From Scyliorhinus canicula (lineage: Eukaryota): 64,000 nt of DNA. Under the pieces are notes generated by a model that saw nothing but the letters and a program-made list of their open reading frames with translations, was not told the origin of the DNA and did no database searches. The translations under genes and the position numbers were made by a program. Below are positions 1 through 10,157 of the stretch, piece by piece. Each line of letters begins with the position of its first letter. The stretch's first letter is position 1. The stretch covers positions 2,156,961 to 2,220,960 of the forward strand of contig NC_052166.1 in the NCBI RefSeq assembly GCF_902713615.1, written 5' to 3'.

Positions 1-1793
1 GTTTGTGACTGTGTTGTGTTTGTGACTGTGTGTGTTTGTGACTGTGTGTGTTTGTGACTGTGTTGTGTTTGTGACTGTGTGTGTGTTTGTGACTGTGTGC
101 GTTTGTGACTGTGTGTGTGTGTTTGTGACTGTGAGTAGTTGTGACTGTGTATGTTTGACTGTGTTGTGTTTATGACTGCATTTGTGACTGTGTTGTGTTT
201 GTGACTGTGTGCGTTTGTGACTGTGTTGTGTTCATGACTGTGTGCGTTTGTGACTGTGTTGTGTTTGTGACTGTGTGTGTGTTGTGACTGTGTTGTGTTT
301 GTGACTGTGTTGTGTTTGTGACTGTGTTGTGTTTGTGACTGTGTGTGTTTGTGACTGTGTGTGTTTGTGACTGTGTGTGTTTGTGACTGTGTTGTTTGTG
401 ACTGTGTGTTTGTGACTGTGTATGTTTGTGACTGTGTATGTTTGTGACTGTGTGTGTGTTTGTGACTGAGTAGTTGTGACTGTGTGTTTTTGACTGTGTT
501 GTGTTTATGACTGTGTGTGTTTGTGACTGTGTTGTGTTTGTGACTGTGTTGTGTTTGTAACTGTGTGTGTTTGTGACTGTGTGTGTTTGTGACTGTGAGT
601 AGTTGTGACTGTGTGTGTTTGACTGTGTTGTGTTTATGACTGTGTGTGTTTGTGACTGTGTTGTGTTTGTGACTGTGTTGTGTTCATGACTGTGTGTGTT
701 TGTGACTGTGTTATGTTTGTGACTGTGTGTGTGCGTTTGTGACTGTGAGTAGTTGTGACTGTGTATCTTTGACTGTGTTGTGTTGATGACTGTGTGTGTG
801 ACTGTTGCGTTTGTGACTGTGTGTGTTTGTGACTGTGTGCATTTGTGACTGTGTTGTGTTTGTGACTGTGTGTGTTTGTGACTGTGTTGTGTTTATGACT
901 GTGTGTGTTTGTGACTGTGTTGTGTGTGTGTGACTGTGTTGTGTTTGTGACTGTGTGTGTTTGTGACTGTGTTGTGTTTGTGACTGTGTGTGTTTGTGAC
1001 TGTGTGTGTTTGTGACTGTGCTGTGTTTGTGTCTGTGTGTGTTTGTGACTGTGTTCTGTTTGTGACTGTGTTGTGTTTGTGACTATGTTGTGTTTGTGAC
1101 TGTGTGTTTGTGACTGTGTGTGACTGTGTTGTGTTTGCAACTGTGTGAGTTTGTGACTGTTGTGTTTGTGACTGTGTGTGTTTGTGACTGTGTTGTGTTT
1201 GTGACTGTGTGCATTTGTGACTGTGTTGTGTTTGTGACTGTGTGTGTTTGTGACTGTGTTGTGTTTGTGACTGTGTGTGTGTGTGACTGTGTTGTGTTTG
1301 TGACTGTGCGTTTGTGACTGTTGTGTTTGTGACTGTGTGCGTTTGTGACTGTGTTGTGTTTGTGACTGTGTGCGTTTGTGACTGTTGTGTTCATGACTGT
1401 GAGTAGTTGTGACTGTGTGTGTGACTGTTTTGTGTTTGTGACTGTGTGCGTTTGTGACTGTGTTGTGTTCATGACTGTGTCTGTTTGTGACTGTGTTGTG
1501 TTTGTGACTGTGTGTGTTTGTGACTGTGTGTGTGTGTTTGTGACTGAGTAGTTGTGACTGTGTGTGTTTGTGACTGTGTTATGTTTGTGACTGTGTATGT
1601 GTGTTTGTGACTGTGTGTGACTGTTGTGTTTGTGACTGTGTGCATTTGTGACTGTGTTGTGTTTGTGACTGTGTGTGTGTGTTTGTGACTGTGAGTAGTT
1701 GTGACTGTGTGTGTTTGTGACTGTGTTATGTTTGTGACTGTGTGTGTGTGTTTGTGACTGTGAGTAGTTGTGACTGTGTGTGTTTGACTGTGT
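1..1793. repeat. Degenerate TG-rich tandem array, core TTTGTGACTGTG plus (TG)n/TTGTG variants
   Basis: Continuous short-period repeat from base 1. The overlapping T/H/S/Q-rich and Gly/Val ORFs are repeat translations. Confidence 0.95.
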
Positions 1794-2195
1794 TGGGGCC
1801 TCGTCCAGGATCAAAATAAAATTGGGGGCTTGTCCAGGATTTTAAAGTATAAATTCTTGCTTGGTTTGGGATGATTGATTTTAAAGATAGTGGATGTGTG
1901 TGGAACTGCTGCTTTCTTTCAGGTGATGAAGTTTAGAGACTGACTGGTACAATGGCTCTCAGTTGCAAAGAACTCCCTGGGTGTAAAAGAGGTCACTCGG
2001 GCTGGTTGACAAAGCGTGGATAAAACAAAACTTTTGGGTTTGGCAGACAAATTGCAGTAAGGAAGATTAGCATTTAAATATGCTGAATACACAGCCTGAA
2101 TCATTAGAATTAACTAGAATTCAATTACAATTGATACAATTAGAAATGCAAGAAAAGGAGAGAATGGCTATGGCAGATTGAAACGGAACAGAGGT
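1794..2195 (+). mobile_element. Decayed 5' internal fragment of a Gypsy-type LTR element (tRNA-Pro-like PBS x2 plus gag N-terminus remnant)
   Basis: TGGGGCCTCGTCCAGGAT (1794-1811) and TGGGGGCTTGTCCAGGAT (1823-1840) resemble the complement of the tRNA-Pro 3' end. A downstream broken frame reads MALS..KNSLGVKEVTR..KTKLLGLADKL..SLELTRIQLQLIQLEMQEKE. Confidence 0.5.
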
Positions 2196-2209
2196 AAATT
2201 TATTTGATT

Positions 2210-2700
2210 TGATTTATTATTGTCACATGTATTAGTATACAGTGAAAAGTATTGTTTCTTGCATGCTGTACAAACAATGCATACTGTACATAGGGAAGGG
2301 AGGAGAGACTGCAGAATATAATGTTACAGTTATAGCAAGGTGTCAAGAAAAGAGCAACTTAATACGAGGTAGGTCCATTCAAAAGTCTGATAGCAGTAGG
2401 GAAGAAGCTGTTCTTGATTTGGTCGGTATGTGACCTCAAACTTTAGTATCTCCTTCGTGATGGAAGAAGATGGAAGAGAGTATGTCCGGGGTGCATGGGG
2501 TCCTTAATTATGCTGGCTGCCTTTCCGAGGCAGCGGGAATTATAGACAGTCAATGGATGGGAGGCTGGTTTGCGTGATGGACTGGGCTACATTCACGACC
2601 TTTTGTAGTTTCCTGCGGCCTTGGGCAGAGCAGGTTCCATACCAAGCTGTGATACAACCAGAAAGAATGCTTTCTATGGTGCATCTGTAAAAGTTGGACG
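2210..2700 (-). mobile_element. LINE 3' fragment (Rex-Babar/L2-like RT C-terminus)
   Basis: Minus frame NFYRCTIESILSGCITAWYGTCSAQGRRKLQKVVNVAQSIT, a typical C-terminal motif of this LINE group. Confidence 0.7.
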
Positions 2701-3380
2701 ACGAGGAGGCATTAACTTGCCTCAGGGTGGCCTCCCATAACCCAGACTCCAACTCACCACCGAACTCTTCCTCCCACTTCCTCTTCACCTCCCCCTATCG
2801 GAGCTTCCTCCATTCCATCAGCTCCTTATAAATCTCCGATACCCAGTCCCTCTTTTGACATTCCTTATCCTTTAGCCCCTGGGGTGGTAGGTGCGGGAAA
2901 GTCGATACCTGCCTCACTCACCTGCAAGCTGAGAAACCCATTCCCACCGTGCAGCTCAAATTCCTCTTCCAACACCTCCAAACACGGAAACCCCCATCTA
3001 TGAACAGATCCCCAAACCACTCGACCCCTGCACGCTGCCACCCCTGAAACACCGCATCCAGCATCCCCAGAACAAACCGGTGGTTTCCACATATCGGTGC
3101 CCACACATATGCCACCCTCAAGTACCATGAGCTACCGCCACTGTCCCCACATCCTCAAGGCCGCCACCACTACTGGGCTTCTGGAGTACCTGGCCGGCAA
3201 GAATGGCAGAGGCACAGTTAATAGTGTCCCCAAACTCGAGTCCTTACATGAGGCTACCTCCATTCTCTCTCACTCCGACCCCTCCCCCACTACCCATTTC
3301 CTGACTATTACTATATTCGCCACCCAGTCGTAATTTCTAGTTTGGAAGAGGCAGCCAGCCCCACACCCCCTCGACCCCAC
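2700..3380 (-). mobile_element. L1-like LINE ORF2 C-terminal fragments
   Basis: MKRKWEEEFGGELESGLWEATLRQVNASSS and VEWFGDLFIDG motifs, homologous to the L1-like element at 18-26 kb. Confidence 0.7.
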
Positions 3381-3504
3381 TCCAGCACCTCCTTCACCTG
3401 TGGGGTTTTACCTGCCCTACAAACCGGAAAATCACTGCATGCTCTTTCCTGAAAAACATCTTGGGAATGAAGATTAGGAGGCTCTGAAAGACAAACAACG
3501 AAAT

Positions 3505-3672
3505 TAAATTTGCTTATTGTCACAAGGAGGCTTCAAATGAAGTTACTGTGAAAAGCCCCTAGTCGCCACATTCCGGCGCCTGTTCGGGGAGGCTGGTTCG
3601 GGAATTGAACTGTGCTGCTGGCCTGCCTTGGTCTGCTTTCAAAGCCAGCAATTTAGCCCTGTGTGCTAAACC
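3505..3672 (-). mobile_element. Short tRNA-derived SINE
   Basis: Reverse complement has A-box/B-box-like head (GGTTTAGCACAC..AGTTCAATTCC) and the same tail as the copies at 19,528-20,045. Confidence 0.85.
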
Positions 3673-3685
3673 CCCTAGGTTGAAT

Positions 3686-3840
3686 TATAGAGGGAGCTTT
3701 ACTCTGTATCTAACACCGTGTTGTACCTGTCCTGGGAGTGTTTGATGGGGACAGTGTAGAGGGAGCTTCACTCTGTATCTAACCCCGTGCTGTACCTGTC
3801 CTGGGAGTGTTTGATGGGGACAGTGTAGAGGGAGTTTTCT
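3686..3840. repeat. 69-bp satellite, about 2 copies
   Basis: Unit TAGAGGGAGCTTTACTCTGTATCTAACCCCGTGCTGTACCTGTCCTGGGAGTGTTTGATGGGGACAGTG. Same unit, inverted, at 59,895-60,610. Confidence 0.9.
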
Positions 3841-4050
3841 TATTCTATATCTGACCTTGGAAGTGTTCAATTCTCAAAAATAACACGAACAACAAACACT
3901 GATCATCCGTGTCATATTTTGCAAGCAATTTTGATATTTGATATAATGAATACTTTTCTTGCCTTTTACTCTATTAGACATTATTGGGAGGAGGGAGAGC
4001 AGTCGTCTTCACCTGCAGGATGTTTTTGTTTATTTTGTTTATCACAATGT

Positions 4051-5718
4051 CATATCCGGAGTGAGACTCATCCAGAGTGGGGATTGAAACTTGGTAATTT
4101 GGTGCAGTGAGGTAATTCGGTGCAGAGTGTGAGAAGGTGCTTTTTAACCCTCGTAAGTGACTGGTAAGTAGTCTCTCTTTTTCTTTTCATTGTCTAATTT
4201 ATTTATTTTTATTTTGAAATTCTAGCTGTTTAAGTTACCAAGGGTTTAAGACATGGCAGGAGATCCCAGACCCGTGTCATGCTCCTCGTGTGCGATGTGG
4301 GAGCTCAGGGACACGTCCACTGTCCCTGGCTCCTTCACGTGCAAGAAGTGTGTTCAGTTGCAGCTCTTGTTAGACCGCTTGACGGCTCTGGAGCTGCGGA
4401 TGGACTCACTTTGGAGCATCCGCGATGCTGAGGAGGTCGTGGATAGCACGTTTAGCGAGTTGGTCACACCGCAAGTGAAGGGAGATAGAAAATGGGTGAC
4501 CAAAAGAAAGAGCAAGAGTAGGAAGGCAGTGCAGGTGTCCCCTGCGGTCATCTCCCTGCAAAACAGATATACCGCTTTGGATACTGTTGAGGGAGATGGC
4601 TCACCAGGGGAAGGCAGCAGCAGCCAGGTTCATGGCACCGTGGCTGGGTCTGCTGCACAGCAGGGCAGGAAGAAAAATGGCAGGGCTATAGTGATAGGGG
4701 ACTCGATCGTAAGGGGAATAGACAGGCGGTTCTGTGGACGCAATCGAGACTCCAGGATGGTATGTTGCCTCCCTGGTGCAAGGGTCAAGGATGTCTCGGA
4801 GCGGCTGCAGGACATTCTGGGGGGGGGGGGGGGGGGGGGGGAGGGTGAAGAGCCAGCTGTCGTGGTACACATAGGCACCAACGATATAGGTCAAAAACGG
4901 GATGCGGTCCTACAAGCGGAATTCAGGGAGTTAGGAGTTAAACTAAAAAGTAGGACCTCAAAGGTAGTAATCTCAGGATTGCTACCAGTCACACGAGCTA
5001 GTCAGAGTAGGAATGTCAGGATAGATAGGATGAATGCGTGGCTCGAGAGATGGTGCAAGAGGGAGGGATTCAAATTCCTGGGGCATTGGGACCGGTTCTG
5101 GGGGAGGTGGGACCAGTACAAACCGGACGGTCTGCACCTGGGCAGGACTGGAACCGATGTCCTAGGGGGGGTGTTTTCTAGAGCTGTTGGGGAGGGTTTA
5201 AACTAATGTGGCAGGGGGATGGGAACCGATGCAGGAAGTTGGAAGGTAGTAAAACAGGGACAGAAGCAAAAGGGAGTAAGGGGTAAAGTGCAAGGCAGAG
5301 AAGACATAGTCAAAAATCTAAAAGGCCGACAGTACAAGGTACAGTGACTGAGGGGAGCTCAGTGAATAGGCCCAGTAATAACAAAAAGAATAAAACTGGA
5401 GATGTTAAGATTCAAAACAGAGGTAAAAAAACCAACATAAGCGTACTTTACCTGAATGCTCGTAGTATTCGGAATAAAGTAAATGAGTTGATGGCACAAA
5501 TCATCGTTAATGACTATGATTTAGTGGCCATTACTGAAACATGGTTAAAGGATGGTCACGACTGGGAGTTAAATATCCGAGGGTATCAAACTATTCGGAA
5601 GGACAGAGTGGATGGTAAGGGAGGTGGTGTTGCTCTGTTATTTAAGGATGACATCCGGGCAATAGTAAGGGATGACATCGGTGCTATGGAGGATAAGGTT
5701 GAATCCATTTGGGTGGAA
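4051..5718 (+). mobile_element. CR1-type LINE, 5' half only (5'UTR, ORF1, start of ORF2 endonuclease), truncated at 3' side
   Basis: Intact ORF1, TAATG ORF1/ORF2 overlap at 5204-5208, endonuclease motifs LYLNARSIRNK, VAITETWL, RKDR..KGGGVALL. Stops abruptly at SIWVE. Confidence 0.92.
4253..5206 (+). CDS. CR1 ORF1p (N-terminal Cys zinc-finger-like region plus SGNH esterase-like domain), 317 aa, open
   Basis: CSSCAMW..CKKC, VIGDSIVR, VVVHIGTNDIG and DGLHL motifs. An expanded poly-G run at about 4820-4843 stays in frame. Confidence 0.88.
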   Translation: MAGDPRPVSCSSCAMWELRDTSTVPGSFTCKKCVQLQLLLDRLTALELRMDSLWSIRDAEEVVDSTFSELVTPQVKGDRKWVTKRKSKSRKAVQVSPAVISLQNRYTALDTVEGDGSPGEGSSSQVHGTVAGSAAQQGRKKNGRAIVIGDSIVRGIDRRFCGRNRDSRMVCCLPGARVKDVSERLQDILGGGGGGGEGEEPAVVVHIGTNDIGQKRDAVLQAEFRELGVKLKSRTSKVVISGLLPVTRASQSRNVRIDRMNAWLERWCKREGFKFLGHWDRFWGRWDQYKPDGLHLGRTGTDVLGGVFSRAVGEGLN

Positions 5719-5810
5719 ACCATCACAACAATTTATACCCCAAGAGAAAAAGGTGCTGATTGGTTGGCCAGTAGACTCTGATTGGTCAAGCTGTACCATT
5801 GGCTCTTTGA
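5719..5810 (-). promoter_or_regulatory. Three CCAAT boxes plus TATA (mirror copy of 58,808-58,927, downstream part lost)
   Basis: Plus strand TTTATACC..CTGATTGG..CTGATTGG..CATTGGCTC. The sequence about 17 bp past TATA is replaced by CR1. Confidence 0.45.
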
Positions 5811-6079
5811 GATCCCAGGTAATTCAAAAAGTTGCAAGGCTTGAATATATTCCTTTTGTTTGCAGTTGGGTCCCTGTTTTGAATGTTTGTCACTTCGAGC
5901 AAGTATAAATGAACGACAAGCCCAACTGAATAAACTACATTACAAGCTGGGAAAATGAGAAATCCACAGGTAGTCAAGGAAAAGGAGGTCTATTTGGAGA
6001 TATTGAGGAGAGTTTGCCTTAGATTAAAAAGGAAACCTATGATACTGGAACAAGAAAAAACCTTGTTTCAATTTAGCCA

Positions 6080-6960
6080 AACTGCAACTTCCCAGTCCAA
6101 GGCACAGGTTAGGGATGTCAAAAATTGAGATGCATCAATTAGCCTCCCTTGGCATTTTTCAGAAGCTTGCAAACAATTTGACGTCCCAAGACAGACACTT
6201 CAAAAAAAAATATCTTCAACTTGGAGACTTTATGCTTCATAAGACAACTGTTCATTTGACGTTTCAGTCCCCCTGTGGGAAAATCTTCAATTCTGAACAG
6301 CCTAAGCAGTTAATTAGCACGGTTCATGATATTTTGTATTCTGGAGACTTTGTGAGTATAATTGAAACACTGCAGCCTTGGAAAAGAGACCTTGCAGACA
6401 ATATTGATGAGGAGACCTGGGGTAATATATGGGGATAAGAAAAGAAAATTTCAGGCTGCAATAGAACGAAGGAGACTCAGTTCAAAATATTGCACCATCT
6501 GCATATAACACAAAGGTTCAGACACAGGTTGACCCTGCTATATCCTCAATGTACCTAAAGTGCCAGATAGTTCAGGGTGACTACAACACAGTGTGTGGTC
6601 CTGTGTCAAAATTCAATCCTACTGGTCTGGTATACTGAAAGAGCTTGAGAAGATATTCGGCACAGTCTTAGAATTTGATTCTTTATTCTTACTTCTGCAG
6701 CTCCCAGATAGCAGAATCGTTGACGTTCATAAAAAAAAGGGTATATAATAGGTTAACCCTTGCGGCACAGAAGAACATTCTTTGATTGTGGATTAATAAT
6801 AAGTATCCCTCAATTCAGAATTGGCATCAAATTATCATGGATTGTATTCCTTCGGAGGGAAGGTTAGGCTTTATCGATTCTTTATACATCGCTCGATTCT
6901 GGAAGGGTGCCAGTGAACCTAGCACCTGTATTCAAGGAATGAGGGAGAGAGAACGCAGGG
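6080..6960 (+). mobile_element. Old L1-like LINE ORF2 C-terminal remnant (mirrored at about 57,650-58,530)
   Basis: LISTVHDIL..LQPWKRDLADNIDEETWGNIW, then broken QFKILHHLHIT and VWSCVKIQSYW motifs. Confidence 0.65.
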
Positions 6961-7331
6961 AGTAACAGCCATTCATATTCTTTTCGCTTTATCCCCTCCT
7001 AGACCCTTCTCTCCTGTCATCATTTCTCCCATCTCGGGGATGAGGCCCTTCCAAACCCAAGCCCAAATTTCTCCAGCACTCCTCGATCTCACTCCTCACA
7101 GGGTTGATGTCCTCTGAGATAAGCCTACAGCTTCCCAATATGCCTCCCCGGCATCCTCCGCAGGGCCTATTGAGGCATTTGGCACTGCCTGTTTATGAAC
7201 AACAATCCCCCAACCCCCTTATCCCAAAACCTCCATCCAGTCACAACAAGATTTGCTACAAAAACAATATTGTGCCAGAAATCGGAAACAAGATCAGAAA
7301 ATGCCGGGACTACTCAGCAAAGTCAGGTAGT

Positions 7332-7502
7332 GGGTGGGATTCTCCATCCCTCAGCACCAGATTTATGCTGCGGCGAGCCCCCCAGGATTCTCCGTCTCGC
7401 CAGCCGGCCAATGGGGTTTCCTATTGTGGGCATGCCTCTGCTGTCGGGAAATCTCCGGACTGCCGGCGTAACGGAGAATCCCCACAGTGGAGAATCCAGC
7501 CC
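7332..7502. mobile_element. 171-bp Harbinger-type MITE with 3-bp TSD AGT (mirrored near 57,105-57,280)
   Basis: TIRs GGGTGGGATTCTCC / GGAGAATCCAGCCC. AGT at 7329-7331 and 7503-7505. Confidence 0.85.
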
Positions 7503-7708
7503 AGTATCTGTGGAGTGACAGAGAAAATGGACAGAATCATGAAGGTGACAGGGGTCTTTGAGGCGTGCTCCCTGTCCATCGCTTGGTTAGTACCAGCAAT
7601 GGTGGCATGAGGTCCTTATGTGGGTATTAATTAATCAGGGTTCTCTCCAGAGGAACCATTGCCCCACCCCTGCCATCAAACGCACCACAGGGAGGGCACA
7701 CGATTCTG

Positions 7709-7765
7709 CCTAATGTTTCAGTTTGACGTCCTTTCATCAGAGCTGACCTGCTGAGTATTTCCAGC
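7709..7765 (-). mobile_element. Decayed Penelope-like pseudo-LTR remnant with degenerate hammerhead core
   Basis: Reverse complement CTCTGATGAAAGGACGTCAAACTGAAACATTAG. Plus-strand copy at about 56,845-56,900. Confidence 0.45.
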
Positions 7766-8039
7766 TCGCTCTGTTTTCAGAACGAGCATTGTTACATCAC
7801 TTTAGTTTCACTGGGATGGCAGACATGCTTTGTTGGTTTGATGAACAGGCTTTGGAAGCCAAATAGCTTTGCAAGCTGTGGAAAGTCCCTGAAAAATCAG
7901 AACAATGCAGATGGATATCACTGACATCAAACAAGTTAATCTTGCTTGACTTGGTCCACTTAGTTACAGTAAACCTTCCTGCTCATAATGGTTCATTGTT
8001 TCATTACCCTGTGACACGACTCCATTTAGTGAATTTGTT

Positions 8040-8310
8040 TATCAATAAAAGGGGAAAGAATTAATGGGAACCTGAGGAGCAACTTTTTTACACAGAGGGT
8101 GGTACGTATGTGGAATGAGCTACCGGAGGAAGTGGTTGAGGCAGGAACATTGGCAACATTTAAAAAGTATTTGGACAGATACATGGATAGGAAAGGTTTA
8201 GAGGGAGGGAATGGGTCAAATGTAAGCAAATAGGGTTAGCTCAGATGGGCTTTTTGGTTGGCATGGACCAGTTTGGGCCAAAGGGCCTGTCTCCGTGTCA
8301 TAGATTCTAT
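8040..8310 (+). mobile_element. CR1 3' end fragment
   Basis: NLRSNFFTQRVVRMWNELPEEVVEAGTLATFKKYLDRYMDRKG and CR1 tail GGGCCAAAGGGCCTGT..ATTCTATGA. Confidence 0.9.
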
Positions 8311-8375
8311 GATCAGGAGTGAGGGACACCATGTTGGATAGGAAGACATCTTTCCAGCTGTTGTTTCCATTCTGT

Positions 8376-8578
8376 GGCTGGGATTTTTCCTGCATCGCAG
8401 CATGTTTTCTGATGGTGGAGGCAGCTTGCCATTGGCTGCGGCGAGATCTCCCAGTCCAGTCGCTATCTACCGTGTTTTTGGTGTCTTTCTCGTCCCTCAC
8501 CGGCGAACCCAATGCGGGGTGCTGCCTTCAGCGGGCCCAGATGGTCCTGCCAGCAAGGAGGGCCCTAAAATCGCACCC
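8376..8578. mobile_element. Degenerate Harbinger-type MITE
   Basis: GGCTGGGATTTTTCC ... AAAATCGCACCC termini. Hosts the left breakpoint of the arm-specific deletion. Confidence 0.55.
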
Positions 8579-9167
8579 TGTGTTTCTAGATGCAGCACTG
8601 ACTTAGTGTGTTAGGTTTTCAAATGTAACCAGTCTGATTGACACCTTAGATGTTCCTTAATCAAGTGACCATGCCATGAGGCAGACATGAGGCACTTCAA
8701 TAAAGGCCTCTCATAGAAACTCTCTAAAGAAGACTCGATCCATATATATGAAACATGGAGTATGGAAGTGAAGAAAAATAGAACACAGGGAAGACATTGA
8801 GGACCCAGGAACACAGCAAACTGCAACAACAACAAGGCTACAGGAAAAGGTAATGTGCAACTTTGGGGGGGGTCGCCCAGAGGCCGTGGTGGGTATGGAG
8901 AGATCAGGGCGGCATTTTAAAATGGCACCCCAGTCCCTTTGTGCACTGAGGAGAAATGAATGTAAGTGCAGCCTCAGCGCAGCTTTCCTCAGAAATTCCT
9001 GGAGAAGTTCATGATCCATAAATGATCTAGCACCGGCACCACATGGAACACACGGAACACAACTGATTCCAATGAAAAACAGGGTCCGATTCGACGGGGT
9101 CCAGATTGAAACAGCTGCATATTAGCACTCTACTCCCCACACAAACATACTCATCCCAGCCAACAAG

Positions 9168-9960
9168 ATGGCAGCACAGAGAGCAGCAGCCCGGTTTGCA
9201 AACACTGAGCTGGAGATGCTGCTGGAAGCCATGGAGGATAGGTGGGTCACTATGTTCCCCAGGGTAGAAAGGAGGCTGCCACCTTCCGCCATACAACTGG
9301 CCTGTGTGCAGGTGGCAGAGGCCGTGTGTGCCATGGAACGCCAGGAACGGCCAGCAGTGCCAAAAGATGAAAGGCCTCCTCAGGGTGGCCAGGGTGAGTG
9401 GGCAGCACTGTGCCCATTGCACCAACCCCTGTCCAACACACCCAGAGGGTGATTGGATCCCACCCGCTGACAGTGTGCACGCTCCCCACCCTGCACCACA
9501 TGCCAGCACACATACTCCTGTCATGGACGGGTGCCTGGGCCACTAATGCCTCCAGCCGCCCACTCCCTGTGCTGCCCACGTGCAACTGTCTAACACTGCG
9601 CACTTTCTGTCTCTCCCAACCCCCACCCGAGGAGAAGGCTGCGCATAACCACCAGGGGAGAGAGAGAAAACCGGAGGGGTACCGCCAGACCAGCAGCCCC
9701 TCACTATAGCGGATTGCCGGGTACTGGACCTGTCAGCGGGCCTGGAGAGAAGGCAGCTGCCAAGGCAGAGGTCGGCATTCGGAAACCGAACCCGCTGTGT
9801 TGCGCTTTCCCATGCGTACCCTGACCTGCAATCATGCATCATGGCTTGTGTCTTGCAGGATACCTGCGATGAGGCGGGCCCTTCTGGTGTCCCCCCCGAC
9901 CCCAACCCCAAGCGATTCCAGCAACGAGGAGGCAACAGAGTGATGAGAGCCCGCAAACTT
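9168..9960 (+). pseudogene. Harbinger Myb/SANT-like DNA-binding gene remnant (3 exons, frameshifted, truncated by CR1)
   Basis: MAAQRAAARFANTELEMLLEAMEDRW.. with donor AGG|GTGAG. Exon 2 EKAAHNH..KTGG, homologous to the gene at 36,707. Confidence 0.75.
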
Positions 9961-9965
9961 TGCAC

Positions 9966-10157
9966 TTGGAGTATAGTGTTCAATTCTGGTCGCCACACTA
10001 CCTGAAGGATGTGGAGGCTTTAGAGAGGGTGCAGAAGGGATTTACCAGGATGTTGCCTGGTATTAGCTCTGAGGAAAGGTTGGTTAAACTCGGTTTGTTC
10101 TCACTGGAATGACGGAGGTTGAGGGGCGACTTGACAGTGGTCTACAAAATTATGAGG
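9966..10157 (+). mobile_element. CR1 RT fragment
   Basis: HLEYSVQFWSPH..KDVEALERVQKGFTRMLPG. Confidence 0.85.

Noticed and set aside
634-1814. His/Thr/Gln-rich ORFs resembling histidine-rich proteins
   Set aside because: Reverse translation of the TG-rich tandem array.
5740-5800. CTGATTGG x2 as MHC class II Y-box promoter
   Set aside because: No recognisable X1/X2 or S box at the expected spacing and no leader exon downstream. Kept only as generic CCAAT boxes.
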